Source: Candidatus Bathyarchaeota archaeon
GTDB taxonomy: Archaea > Thermoproteota > Bathyarchaeia > Bathyarchaeales > Bathycorpusculaceae
Direction: 5' to 3'
NCBI GenBank assembly: GCA_963775465.1
Contig: CAVZIW010000012.1
Coordinates: forward strand, 64,001-128,000
DNA: 64,000 nt
A program made the translations under genes and the position numbers. The first letter of the stretch is position 1. Each line of letters begins with the position of its first letter. The notes beneath the pieces were generated by a model, which saw nothing but the letters and a program-made list of their open reading frames with translations, was not told the DNA's origin and did no database searches. This document shows positions 39,523-50,776 of this stretch, one piece after another.

Positions 39523-39795
39523 TTAAGTGCCTAAATTGCCATGGATGTTCTGCAATTTGCACCGTTAGAGAATGAAAAGGCAAAACCAAGGCTTCCAAAA
39601 TCTGAGGCATAGAGGAAAAGGCCTTTAAGGTTTTACGATGCTTCTTTCATAACTCAAACAAGTGAGACTAATCAAAGTTCTTAAACAAAAAAACCAACCA
39701 TATTACAGGTAACTGGGAGAAGAAGAAGAAGCGCACATTTTTCAATCTTCTTCTACCAGTTAAGACACCTATTGAGGTTTAGCTTGGATTTGGGG

Positions 39796-40245
39796 TTATA
39801 GGTTGTTGGCAGCTATTTTCTTTGAGAGCTTTAGTCCGCATGATCCACAGATTAACCCCCATGTATCGTCAAAGTCTTTGACTTCCCACTCCATATGGGT
39901 TATATCGTGACAGAGTAAACATCTGTCTTCTCCAAAATCCATAATTAATCTAGTGAGTGACTTTGTGTGTTGCATTAATTCTTCTATTGCTTGGATTGTT
40001 CCCGAGTTCTCGAGTGTTATGGGTTTTGGGGGTGTTTCGCTAGATACGTTTTGGGTTGGGTTTACTGTTTTTTGTTCTGTTTTTTCTTCAGTGGTCTTGT
40101 TTGGTTGTGTGTTGGGTGGGTCTTTAGTCGTGTCAGTTGGGAACTTGGGAACAAATGTGACGGCGTATTTTTTGGCTATGCGGCTTAGTTTTTCTGTGTT
40201 GATGCGGGTCATTTCTCTTAGGCTTCGTATGGCTTTCATTCGCAT
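39796..40245 (-). CDS. Chimeric ORF: transposase fragment fused to a low-complexity linker and a C4 zinc finger
   Basis: Begins inside the transposase remnant; ends CLLC...WGLICGSCG. Confidence 0.45.
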   Translation of the reverse strand: MRMKAIRSLREMTRINTEKLSRIAKKYAVTFVPKFPTDTTKDPPNTQPNKTTEEKTEQKTVNPTQNVSSETPPKPITLENSGTIQAIEELMQHTKSLTRLIMDFGEDRCLLCHDITHMEWEVKDFDDTWGLICGSCGLKLSKKIAANNL

Positions 40246-40481
40246 GATTAGAAATGCTCTAAAAAGTCCCTATGGGTTTCTTGGTGGTCTTCCTGGACCG
40301 CTGAGATGGAAACATCGCTTTATTGTGCTGTTAGCAAAGCTTAAGTCTACGTTTCTTAAGAGGGTTTCAAGGGTCTCGTGTTCATCCTGTCTCGCAGGGA
40401 TCACTTCCTTGTTTGATTGGTTCTCAATGACACGAGACTCAGTTTCTAGTTATAAGCTTTTCAATTTAGGGACAAGCCAGC
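40200..40481 (-). mobile_element. IS remnant (IS5/IS1182-like, DUF772-type N-terminus) with its left end
   Basis: ETLLRNVDLSF...GPGRPPRNP*GLFRAFLIMRMK.IRSLREM.R with an in-frame TAG; terminal GGCTTGTCCCTAAATT; no DDE domain left. Confidence 0.6.
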
Positions 40482-40518
40482 GCTCAAAAGCTATTTAACC
40501 AGGTGACAAAAATAAGAT

Positions 40519-41286
40519 TTGCGTGGTAAACACCATCAAAAATTGATGTTGAAAGTGGTGGTAAATTTGTCCAAATATGGCAAAAAATTGCGAGAAAATG
40601 GGTATAGTGCTGTTGATAGAACCTCAGAAAACGAGCATTTTCCAGGTTTAGGTGAGATTCGGGGTTTTCAGCAAGAAAAAAAGCGGGTTTTCAGCAAGCC
40701 CGCATCTACTGGTGGAAAAGATAAGTCTGCATATCGCAAAGTCAACATTTACACCAAGAGTAAAAGGCAATATACGAGTGAAAGGAGCAGACGAAAGTCA
40801 GTTCGTCTTCTGGCTGAAAAGGGATTAACACAACAACAAATTGCAACAGCCCTCAAGGTATCTACTCGGACAATTAAACGGGATTGGGACAAAATAAGAC
40901 CCTACGTGAAAGCTCAAGTTCATAAAGAGATCAGGCAGGTTGAGGATGAAAGGCACAAAGAGTTTGAACGTCGATACGAAGGGTTAACAGGTAATGAAAA
41001 GCTTAAACTTCTCAAACAAGACCTTAAAAACGCAACAAAAATGTCGAAGAGACTAAAACCCCGCCATAGGTCCCAAGCGCCGGAGCAGCAAACCCGCCGC
41101 CAATTAGACTACATCATAGACCTTGATTCCCCTACAGTTGAAGGGTTTCCAAGCGTTATTTTTACCCAACAAGGCAGCTTTTCTCTTACAGCCGGATTTG
41201 ACATGAAGATTTACGCAGTAAAAAATGGAGCAAAAACGAGAGTTATTCAGTATTGGAATTTCAAAAACATAACGTCCTTCGATTAA
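40519..41286 (+). CDS. Helix-turn-helix DNA-binding protein
   Basis: RRKSVRLLAEKGLTQQQIATALKVSTRTIKRD HTH followed by a coiled region. Confidence 0.7.
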   Translation: MRGKHHQKLMLKVVVNLSKYGKKLRENGYSAVDRTSENEHFPGLGEIRGFQQEKKRVFSKPASTGGKDKSAYRKVNIYTKSKRQYTSERSRRKSVRLLAEKGLTQQQIATALKVSTRTIKRDWDKIRPYVKAQVHKEIRQVEDERHKEFERRYEGLTGNEKLKLLKQDLKNATKMSKRLKPRHRSQAPEQQTRRQLDYIIDLDSPTVEGFPSVIFTQQGSFSLTAGFDMKIYAVKNGAKTRVIQYWNFKNITSFD

Positions 41287-41798
41287 TTCTCGATGTTGAT
41301 CTCTAAATCTTCCAACCACAAAGTTATTACAGTTTAAGACCTGTTTTTTGAAATATCAGGCTCAGCGGGAATAGCTAATCTTCTTCTTCCTAATCTGGTT
41401 CCTCTTCAAACAAGATTTCTATTTGCCACAATCAAAAGTCATAATTCTCTACGTTAAATTCAGGATTAGATATAGGATCATCAAAAAACATCAAGCCGTC
41501 ACCTTCATTATCCTCTCTATAACGTTCCTTCATGCGGTCATTTTCCACTTTTTGAGAGCCTTCCTAAGCTATTTTGCTATTTGTTTGAATTTCTGGTGCT
41601 TGGCGAATTCCTAAAATCGCTTTTAGATAAATTATTCCTGTTAAAATTAACATTAACAATACAAAGCCAAAAACATGTAAAGGATTAATGCAACAACATC
41701 CAATATTTTGCCGTCCATGCTGGATCTATTTATCAGTTTTTAGATTTAATCAGACTTGTTATTGGTAAGTGTTCGTAGAACGTTGAATGATTGATCGA

Positions 41799-42509
41799 TT
41801 ATATCGCTATTTTGATAATAATTTTCTTTGAAACAACTGATTTTTGATACCTCCAGTCAACAGAGTTAAATTCCCTAAGCGTGTCTTCAATCGTGGACAA
41901 ATCAACATATGTAAGAGAAATTTCATTTATGAGGTCATTAACATCTATTTCTTTTCTTCCAGCGAAGTGACTGTACAGCAAAATCATGGTTCTAAGAATA
42001 TAACTAGTGCAACTTTCTTTTCTTTGCCGCCAAGAGTCATCTATCCATATAACCGAGAAATTTTTAAGAATCTCAAGATAACTGTTTACCGCTCTCTTGA
42101 CGGCAATTCTGTCACCGTATTTCTCAATAGCCGATCTTACAAGAGCTTGGCGATCGATTTTGAGGCTTTTCAGATACCAGAGATTAATTTTTTCTTGAAT
42201 GAATCGTGCAATTTCGCTCTGGCACACTAGGCTGAAAAGTAAAACAGGTTTAGTAGATTCAAAAGAATATTGAACTGTAAGTTCGCGAAGATAATTTTGG
42301 GAGAAATATTCAATACCTGCTTTTTTCTCTATCCTTAAGTAATATCTTCTTATCATTTTAAGGGCATTTTTCTTGGACCTTAAACCTTTGGCTTCGATAA
42401 GCGACAAGAGATTTGATTCTGCGGTTTTGTATTCAAGACCTGGAGTGCTGTACTGCAAAACTTTGTAAACAGAAACCGGATCAAAACTGTCATATAAACC
42501 AATAGGCAT
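41799..42509 (-). CDS. BrxA-like protein (BREX type 3)
   Basis: N-terminal IG, K.....I...Y, EKYGDR.AVKRA...L.IL..F.VI pattern; divergent from brxF/brxC. Confidence 0.55.
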   Translation of the reverse strand: MPIGLYDSFDPVSVYKVLQYSTPGLEYKTAESNLLSLIEAKGLRSKKNALKMIRRYYLRIEKKAGIEYFSQNYLRELTVQYSFESTKPVLLFSLVCQSEIARFIQEKINLWYLKSLKIDRQALVRSAIEKYGDRIAVKRAVNSYLEILKNFSVIWIDDSWRQRKESCTSYILRTMILLYSHFAGRKEIDVNDLINEISLTYVDLSTIEDTLREFNSVDWRYQKSVVSKKIIIKIAI

Positions 42510-42733
42510 TATTCCACCAGTTTCTCTATTGTTCCTTCTTTTTTTATATAGATTTTATGAAAGGTTAAACACTCTTAAGCAGAGGGCTATTAAAAATAGT
42601 TTTTTAATAAATATCTGAAACACATTAATATTAAATATAAAGAAACCAAATATGATTTCTCAAGTCAGGTATTTAGCAACCGGTATTTCCGTGATAAGGT
42701 TGGCAAATATTGGAATATTGGAGATAACTATCT

Positions 42734-43198
42734 TTGAATGATTTCACAACACTATTAGCGAGTGCTAAAGAGCAATATAATAAGTTAATCATTATTAATG
42801 ACGAACGAACAAAAGCGCATGATCCTGACTCTTATAAGAAATATTGTTTTGATAAGAAAATTCCTGTTTATGATTTATCTGTAGAGTTAGCCCAGCTCCT
42901 TTTAGAAATCCCTAAAAAAGATAGAGATCAGGAAGCAGCGGATAAGCTACGAGACTTTTTCCACAAAATAGATTCTAATGTGATAGCGTTCGAAGACATC
43001 GATTATCTTTTCAGTGAAGAGGTTGGCAAGATAAATCCAATAAATACCTTTAATTATCTTACACGAAAAAAGAAAGTCATTATTTTATTTATAAAAGCAA
43101 AAAGAAAGAATAACCTACTTCTCTACTCATCAGAAGGCAGCCCAGACTACATGGAACTGGATATTTCCAATAATGAAGGATTCGTAATAGGTTGGTAA
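42734..43198 (+). CDS. brxF: BREX-3 BrxF-like degenerate P-loop protein
   Basis: KLIII...V.DLS.ELA..LL.IP...R...A...L......VI.FEDIDYLF...INP...LTR...I...L.YS..G.PDY. Confidence 0.7.
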   Translation: MNDFTTLLASAKEQYNKLIIINDERTKAHDPDSYKKYCFDKKIPVYDLSVELAQLLLEIPKKDRDQEAADKLRDFFHKIDSNVIAFEDIDYLFSEEVGKINPINTFNYLTRKKKVIILFIKAKRKNNLLLYSSEGSPDYMELDISNNEGFVIGW

Positions 43199-43202
43199 AA
43201 CG

Positions 43203-43775
43203 ATGAAAGTCAATCAACTGATAAATTTCCAAGAAATCCAAGATGTCATAGAGATTGGATCGATAAAAAACGAGAGAGAAATTGTTGAGCAATATGTAAT
43301 ATCTCCAACGTTAGAAGAAGAATTGCTTAACCTTCTTAGTGTTCTCTCGATTCCCAGAAACATAAATCAGTCGATATTATTGGAAATTATGGTACAGGGA
43401 AATCACATCTTCTTGCTTTTCTTTCGTTGGTCTTGTCCAAAACAGAATTAATTGGATAACGTTAAAAATCAGAATGTGAGAGAAAAGCTTCTTTCAATTA
43501 AAAGAGAGTTCTTTATAGTTAAGTATGAGCTTGATGCTATTAGCAAAACAGATCTCTGGCAAGGACTTTTTTTTATCGTGTAAGAAAGCAATTGAAAGAA
43601 AATTACGGTATTGACGAAAGGGAGATGGATCCTGAGAAAAGGCGATCAAAACATCAAGGAACTTGTCAAGGAAATAATTGACAATATTAAGCAAAAAGAT
43701 CCTAAAAAAGGGCTTTTGGTGATATTTGACGAGTTTTCAGACTTCTTAAGGCAGCCAAACCAGACAAACTGGAGT
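43203..43775 (+). pseudogene. BrxC/PglY-like (DUF6079) ATPase, N-terminal ~190 codons only, frameshifted and truncated
   Basis: LINF.EIQDVI.I, YVIS, Walker A IGNYGTGKSHLL, Walker B KGLLVIFDEFSDFLR read across frames, then an abrupt end. Confidence 0.75.
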
Positions 43776-43779
43776 TAAC

Positions 43780-44409
43780 GATTCTGGAGTTGAAAGTGCG
43801 ACGCAAAACCTGACGCGCCACCAGGCAAGCCAGTACAGCCGCCTCCAACCGAACCAATTGACCCCGAAATCAACGACCATTATGCACTTTTCTAGGCTTC
43901 TCTTTTGCTACTACAGCAGAATATTGGATAAACACCCACTAACCAATACGGATTTACTGAAGCTCAGGTAAAGAAGACGTTATTACAGTTTCAGCAGAAA
44001 CCTGGGATAAGGGAAACCTCTGCACAAGTCTTCTCGTATGAAGCATCCACAGACAAGAATTCGGGTGAATCTTGGAGATGGATACAACATCATTGACTGG
44101 GGACGATACAGAAACGGTGTTATAGCCGTTACCATGATCTGGAGATACGCTGCTTCAGGTGACATAGCTGAAGTTGACATGAAACTCAACACAAGATACT
44201 CATGGAGTCTAAGCGGAGAATCAAGTAAAATGGATGTCCAGGAAGCATAGTTACTCACGAATTCGGGCACTGGGCAGGATTAAACTGACTTATACGCCTC
44301 AGAAGACGGAAGGCTCCTCACCATGTATGGCTACTCAGGATACGGCGTAACCTACCAAAGAACACTAGAACTCGGCGACAGTTTAGGCATCCAAGCAGTC
44401 TACGCATAA
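43780..44409 (+). pseudogene. Matrixin-like (M10) zinc metalloprotease, 5'-truncated and frameshifted
   Basis: KPDAPPGKP..., DG.N.I.WG, GVIAVT.IW, EVDM.LN...W, VTHEFGHWAGL.DLY, LTMYGY....QRTLELGD.LGIQAVY. Confidence 0.7.
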
Positions 44410-44579
44410 TAAACTCTTCCCCTTTCTCTTTTTCTAATTAACATACCATTTTGGAACTGCCCATTTCTCGCTTCTAAAAACTAAAACGTGTGATCCACAA
44501 AACATTTCAGAGCCCCGAAAACACCTGAGCAAAAACCGGAAAAAAACAATAAACAACTAACATATTTGCCGCGCGCTAT

Positions 44580-44660
44580 GAGCAGCATTATGGTTTGTCG
44601 AAACTCTGGAATTGTAGGCTTAGGTGTTGGGTTCTGGATAGAGTTTGGTGTTGCTGTCGG
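44580..44660 (-). repeat. Orphan PEF-CTERM-type tail, homologous to the 3' end of the 61546-62523 gene
   Basis: Encodes SIQNPTPKPTIPEF..TIMLL; 23-nt exact match TAGGTGTTGGGTTCTGGATAGAG at 44621 and 61647. Confidence 0.65.
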
Positions 44661-44895
44661 CGCACGCTAACTACTGATTTCTTAAGGTGTATTGTCATGA
44701 CTTCCTCATCCTTCATTATGTATCGCCTATAAGTGATTATAGCGAATTATAATAGATGTGTAGCTGAATAGGTTGACTGTTTTTAAGACAGGTTTAATTG
44801 CGCGCGCGGATTAAATTGTTGTTTGTTAATACTTAGTTAGAGTAAGTAAATGACATATACTAAGACATCATAATTGAGTAGCAAAGGGGAGATCT

Positions 44896-46050
44896 TTGTC
44901 TCAAAATAGTAACGGGCATCCTTTCGGTGAATTACCAGAGGCGCTTGTAGAAAGAAATGCTTGGGCAATGCAATAAATTAGGATCCAATTTGTCTAGTTC
45001 TTTTCAAAAACTCTATGACAACAAGACTCAAGTTCGGGCTAAACTGACTGAAAAAAAGATGCTTCACAAAGACACCGATTTATCCTCTGCCCCTTCATAT
45101 CCAACCACATGTGCAGTTGATGGTGCCTTTGCCATTGAACGGCTAATTTGCACGGATTTGGTTGCATTTGCGGCGGTCGCAATGGAAGGACTAACTCCAC
45201 CCTCAGAAAAAAGATATTGGCCTAATCCCCATCATATATCTGAAATTTTAACGGTACCTCACAGTGATGACACAGGTTAAACATTTGCTAGATCAGTTAT
45301 GATGTGCATGGAAATAGAAATTGCCTCTTCTGCTCCTCATAACGTAGTATATTCTTAATAGCTTCCTTAAGCTACCTCGCTTATCGCAATTGATCAAGGT
45401 CTCAATAAAATAGGTGATATGGATAAAAATTTGGAAAACCTTTTGCTGTCACGAATCAGCACTGCCATGGAATCCTATTCAAAGATAGTAACCTGCGAAA
45501 GAACTGACAAAATATTTGCTGGTATTCCAAAATATACTACAAGAACCGAAATATCCAAGGACATCTTAAACCTTGATACATATGAGGATCGAGGGCTCCT
45601 CACATTTGTTCTTGAAGCCGGAGAATTCGTTGAGTACAGTTCCAATACAAAAAGATACGTAGAGGATGGCACATCAACCAAACCCCCATCCAATCGATGA
45701 ATCTTCAAGAGATAATAAACCAAATCTTTACTGGCCTAAATGAGCTTCAAATCGTATATTATCGACCTTGTAGCTATTTTCCAGTTTTAAGAATAGAGAT
45801 CGCAAAGGCCATAATTAGTAATCCACATAGATTAGCTATTCTGCTTGAATCTCTAAGGCTTCAATGCAGCTCCGCAAGTATGCTTGAGCCTTTCCCACTT
45901 TATCTCGCCGACAGGATGGTTAAGCATCTGGGAACTGCTCTGCCAGCGATTAGACGAACTACTACCCAGCAGATGTCAGCTGAATGCGAAAACAAGATGG
46001 GTAACATCTACTTAGCAATGCATGGTTATCGGACAAATATAGGAATTTAG
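44896..46050 (+). CDS. nurA: NurA-family nuclease (multiply frameshifted in this assembly)
   Basis: PFGELPEALVE, acidic motif CAVDGA, PKYT.R.EI, DRGLLT.VL..GE, RIEI, EPFPLYLADRMVK; directly upstream of HerA. Confidence 0.7.
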
Positions 46051-46060
46051 AGGAGTAATA

Positions 46061-47816
46061 ATGACCGAAGACATTAAGAAAACATACGACAACACAGAAC
46101 GAATCGGCGTAATAGACTATCCTTCATCCACAGGACAGCTTACCATAGACGTATTAGGAACAGCAATCGGCAAGAGTCTTGTTGGAAGTTTAAGCGTATT
46201 CAATTTTAATCAAGATGGACTTGAACATTATGCATTGGGCCAAATCGTCGAAATCTTGATGCAAAACGTGTGGGCCCAGGACCCAACAGTAAGAGGATTA
46301 ATTCGACAAAAGGGAAGAATCGATCCAATCACCGAAAGACAGGACACACATATTGCAAAAATGACCGTTAGCTCAGTTTTTACAAAAAAGAACGGATCAA
46401 TAGATCAAAGTATATTGGGAACTGTACCATCAACCGGCACACCCATAAAGGCACTTAGTCAAGATGTTCTAAACTCTCTGCTAGTAAGACTACCAAAAAG
46501 AGCTATTCTACCTTGGAACAGCTTACGGAAGCTCCGTTAAGATGCCTATGTGGTTTAAACACTTCGGGAGAGGTAGTCAAGGCGCTGGCGAAGCTTACCA
46601 TATTGGGATATTTGGAAAAACAGGATCAGGCAAATCAGTGCTGGCAAAAATGATTATGACAGCCTATTCAAGACATAGAAACAAATGGGGATTTTTGTTT
46701 TGGATCCACAAGGAGAGTTCTCCAAAGATTTCAGAGAAAACTCTTCCATTAAGTCAACACTTTGTGACAAAATGTCTCGCAAAGTCCAAGTTTACGATTT
46801 ACATAATCTTGTACTAACTGGCGATGACCTATTCAAAAAGATTCTAATAAACTCTGGTTTCTTGAGCAACTTGGGAATCTATCTCGAAACAAACAAAATG
46901 CAAGCCGCAAATGAAATTATGGCGATACTAAAAGCCAGAGGGACTTATTCACTTCTTGGTCCCCAAATTCCACCATACCAAGCATATACTCGAGCAGCAT
47001 TCGATTAGAGTTTGGTCTTCACTTCAAACCGACAATGCCTTAAGAAAAATATATTCCATGGCTGACCTCAGAGAACGCGTTCGAGTGTCATTGGAAAGCG
47101 CCGACGTAGAAGAATACTACCAGCTATGGTCAGGTATCGCCAATTTATTCAGGTTCGATGGAAACTCAAAAGCAAAAATCAAAGATTTGGTAGCCAAAAT
47201 TCATGAAACAGACAATACAGCACAAGAAATAATTATAATTGACCTATCAGAAAAGAACGTCCCAACAGATATCTTTTGGAATGATACTATGAAGCTCGTT
47301 TTGATAGGCGAGTTTCTCGAAAAAATCACCCAAAAAGCTGAAGAAGTCTACAAAAAGGACCTGCTCTTAAACTCTCTTGTAATAATAGATGAAGCTCACA
47401 GACTAGCGCCAAAAGAAAAATCAGAAAACGAATATCTAGAAAAAGTGAAAAGCATATTAGTAGACGCTGTCAGGACAACAAGAAAATATGGCTTGGGCTG
47501 GATGTTTATCAGTCAAACACTCTCCAGTCTAAGTCGAGACATTCTAGATCAAATCAGGATCTACGTTTTTGGGTTTGGTCTAGGCTGGGGAATAGAAAGA
47601 TTAGCACTAAAGGACATCATTGGAGGACAATTTGAAGCAATGAAACTATACCAATCATTTAGAGACCCGCAAAGCAGTCTAAACCACAAGGATTACCCGT
47701 TTATGACTGTCGGTCCAATTTCTCCCTTATCATTCTCTGGAACTCCACTATTCTTCAACGCCCTCAAGTACCCAGGCGACTTTCTAAAAGTCAACTTTGG
47801 AAAAGAAGAGAAGTAA
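46061..47816 (+). CDS. herA: HerA/FtsK-family ATPase (DUF87) with N-terminal HAS barrel; three frameshifts
   Basis: HIGIFGKTGSGKS, VLDPQGEF, IIDLS, VIIDEAHRLAP, TRKYGLG.MFISQ. Confidence 0.82.
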
Positions 47817-48059
47817 TACATGAGAACCTAAACAAGCATATCATTTGCTTTAAGATTTGACGGTCCATAGAGGACAAAAGAGGCTATGTTTCTAGGTTTT
47901 TGCCTATTTCTTTTAGGCTCGGATCAATTGAGAGAGAAATAAATTCTTTGCATATTTTAGATTCTTGCCTTATTTTCCTAGAGCGCGAGTCGCGATATTG
48001 AGTTAGTAGCAAAAAATCTAAATTGCATCTAGCAAAATATAGATTTGCAGTGAATAACA

Positions 48060-50556
48060 TTGAAACCTTGGTACGAGGCACACAAATTTCCGATATCTCT
48101 CCCAGGTGAACCTTTGGATCCATTAAGTCCAAAGTTTGACGAAATATTTATCAGGCTACGACCAATTTACGACGAGTTAGATTCTTATCTTGAGAATATA
48201 AATCGACAATATGGGAAGTTTTGGATTTCAAGTCCATATGGAGGCACTGGCAAATCAACCATGCTCTCTTATGCTACGAAATATCTCTATCAGCATTTGC
48301 CCACTCTTAGAGCGCTTCCTATCCGTCTAAAAGTTGCAAAAGGTGAAGATGAAAAAACTGAAGGTCCCAGCGTTCAGCACAAATTTGTAAAAAGTCTTTT
48401 AACTGAATTTCTTAAAATCGGGTCTGACCTAAAAATAGCTGCTACTGTTTTCAATATAGAATATCCTGAAGATATTCTAAGAGAATTAAGCTGGTTAGAG
48501 AAACATGAGAAAGATTTGCAGAGATTGTGCGATAATCTCGTTGATATGAACGTTGAAAAACTTGAAGCAAAGTTTAGTCAAATCCTTGAAAAAGCTATAT
48601 TACCATTAAGGCGAAGAAATGTCTTTTCAAAATATGTTCTCTTGATTGACGAGATGGATAAAATTACCATAGAAGATCGCATTCTTTCATTTTTGAGCGG
48701 AAACCAAGGCTTTTTCGAACAACTTTACAACAAATACGGTTTTATTGCTTTTTTTGCGGGTCATCAAAGCTGGGTCAGAAGAATTCGAATAGGAGATGAA
48801 TACAACTTCTATCTAGGAAAGACCTTTGATGTTCCCCTATTTGCAAGCATTGAAAATGTTCGTGCATTAATTGAAGCAAACATGCTTCTACATTTTTCAA
48901 TACAACCATCTGAGACTCCCTTCACGGAAGAAGGATATAGAAAATTGCAGGAGCTGACGAAGGGTATACCCAGAAGACTACTTTTTCTAGCTACTCAGGT
49001 CATGAATAACGGTGCTCAGAAAAAAAAGGTTGAACTCGGACCAGGATTCATTGAGGAAATTCTAGTAACGGAAGAACATAGCGACCGAGCAATGCAATAT
49101 CTGACCAAGAATCCTGAGACATATGCTAAACTCATGAGAGCCATTGAAAAAAAAGTGGATCAGACTCTATACCTTTTTTACAGCGCTCGAAATCAGATTC
49201 CAAAAGAATTTGATAATAATTTATCTTTAAGAACGAGAACTCTGGGAATTGAATGGTCTGATGATGAATGGAAAGGTAACATCCAAACTTTGGTAGTAAT
49301 TGGGGCAATCGAAGATAAAGGCTCACATAGAGAACTTTCAGAAGATTTGATCGTTCTTTTCGATGAGTTAAAAGAGCACCAGTCAGTTATCGACAAAGTT
49401 CTTGCAACAGTAATAAAGAGAATGGGAAAGCAAAAAATTGAATATGAAAAAATGCCAAAGCCGAATTTCATGAAAGTCGTTGAAGAGATTTTTGAGATCT
49501 CAAGAGAGAAGTGGTTCACCAAGGATGAGTTGTTGGATCGTTTTTCAGACCGGTCCAACGTGATGGCATACGCGCAATTAAAACATCGAAAATCACCCGA
49601 GGCATATATTATCGGAGAATTCGAAAAGGCGTTTTCGACATGCATAGAAGAGAACACAAAGAATCACAAATTGATGGAAATTTCAGAGAGCTCAGTAAAT
49701 TATTTCAAGTTGATCCCCCCAGATTTGAAAGAAGCGGATAAAATACTATTCAATCTCAATTCGAGAGAACTAATAGATTCTTATGTGGACAAGATAGTAG
49801 GAATTAAAGAATGCAACGCAGAAAAAATAAAGGACATTGACAGCTTTCTAGAAAGAACAATGGTTCTTTTGAAACCTCATAAGATGGAAATTGAAAAGGG
49901 AATTTTAAGAACTAAGAAACGTCATGATTTATTTACAGAACTGAAATTTTCGAGTAAATTGAAAAAACGAATCAACCATTACCTTAGCGAGACCAAGGAA
50001 ACATGTCCTTCTTTAGGGATCGTCAAGGAAACCGTCAGCGATATTTGCCGCTCCATGTTTGAAATATATGTTTCTAATCAGAAGACGAGTCTTCCAGCAG
50101 AAATCATAATGGTCGTTGGTGAACCATTTCAAAATGTCCAGAAGTTGTACGATTTAATTGGGAGTTTAAAAGGAGACGTTAGAGTCATTGATAAAGACTT
50201 TGACAGTAGAGGCTTTATGTTCTTCGAAAAAATAAACCCGTCCAAGGCAACAAAATTGAGAATCCTGGGAGGCAAAACTAAAGCAGGATTAGCTTTTAGG
50301 GAAGAATACAAAGCTTTTAGAGATGAACTAGTAGAAAAGAGGCATCAGAGTGGAATTCAGGATACTGAGTGAAGAGGATTCTTCGGCACATCACGATAGA
50401 TATGTTATAACTGATGAAACCGTCTATAGTACACCTCCTTGGAATATCATTCATAGGAAATATGGTGATGTAAGAAGCCTTGACAATGTTTTTGAAAAAA
50501 AGAGAATATTTGAATTATATTGGAGTCGGGCAACCAATTTAGTCAGAAATAAGTAG
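48060..50556 (+). CDS. STAND/AAA-like ATPase with winged-helix region and C-terminal PLD-like (HDR) nuclease domain; +1 frameshift near 50340
   Basis: Walker A YGGTGKST, Walker B LLIDEMD, T.GIPR helical motif. C-terminus GEPF...VRVIDKDF...LRIL...(GIRV)EFRIL...HHDRYVIT when joined to ORF 50350-50556. Confidence 0.7.
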
Positions 50557-50776
50557 CATGGAACTTGAATCTTGGTTACATAATAAATTCCTTGCTTGAG
50601 TGAGACTGACTTAAACAAAGCAAAAATATCGATCTTTTATAATTTTCCATTTTTAAAGCCGGCCACGTTCAAAACAAAAAAATGGAGAATTCTGGTTCGA
50701 TGCAACGGCTACTCAAGTCTTAAATTCAAATAATACGTATTTAAAAAACTACTACAATCTAAAGGATACATGAAAA

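Noticed and set aside
39953-40498. 181-aa plus-strand ORF and other antisense ORFs in the track (e.g. 30216-30662, 49193-49657)
   Set aside because: They are shadow ORFs opposite better-supported genes and carry no motifs
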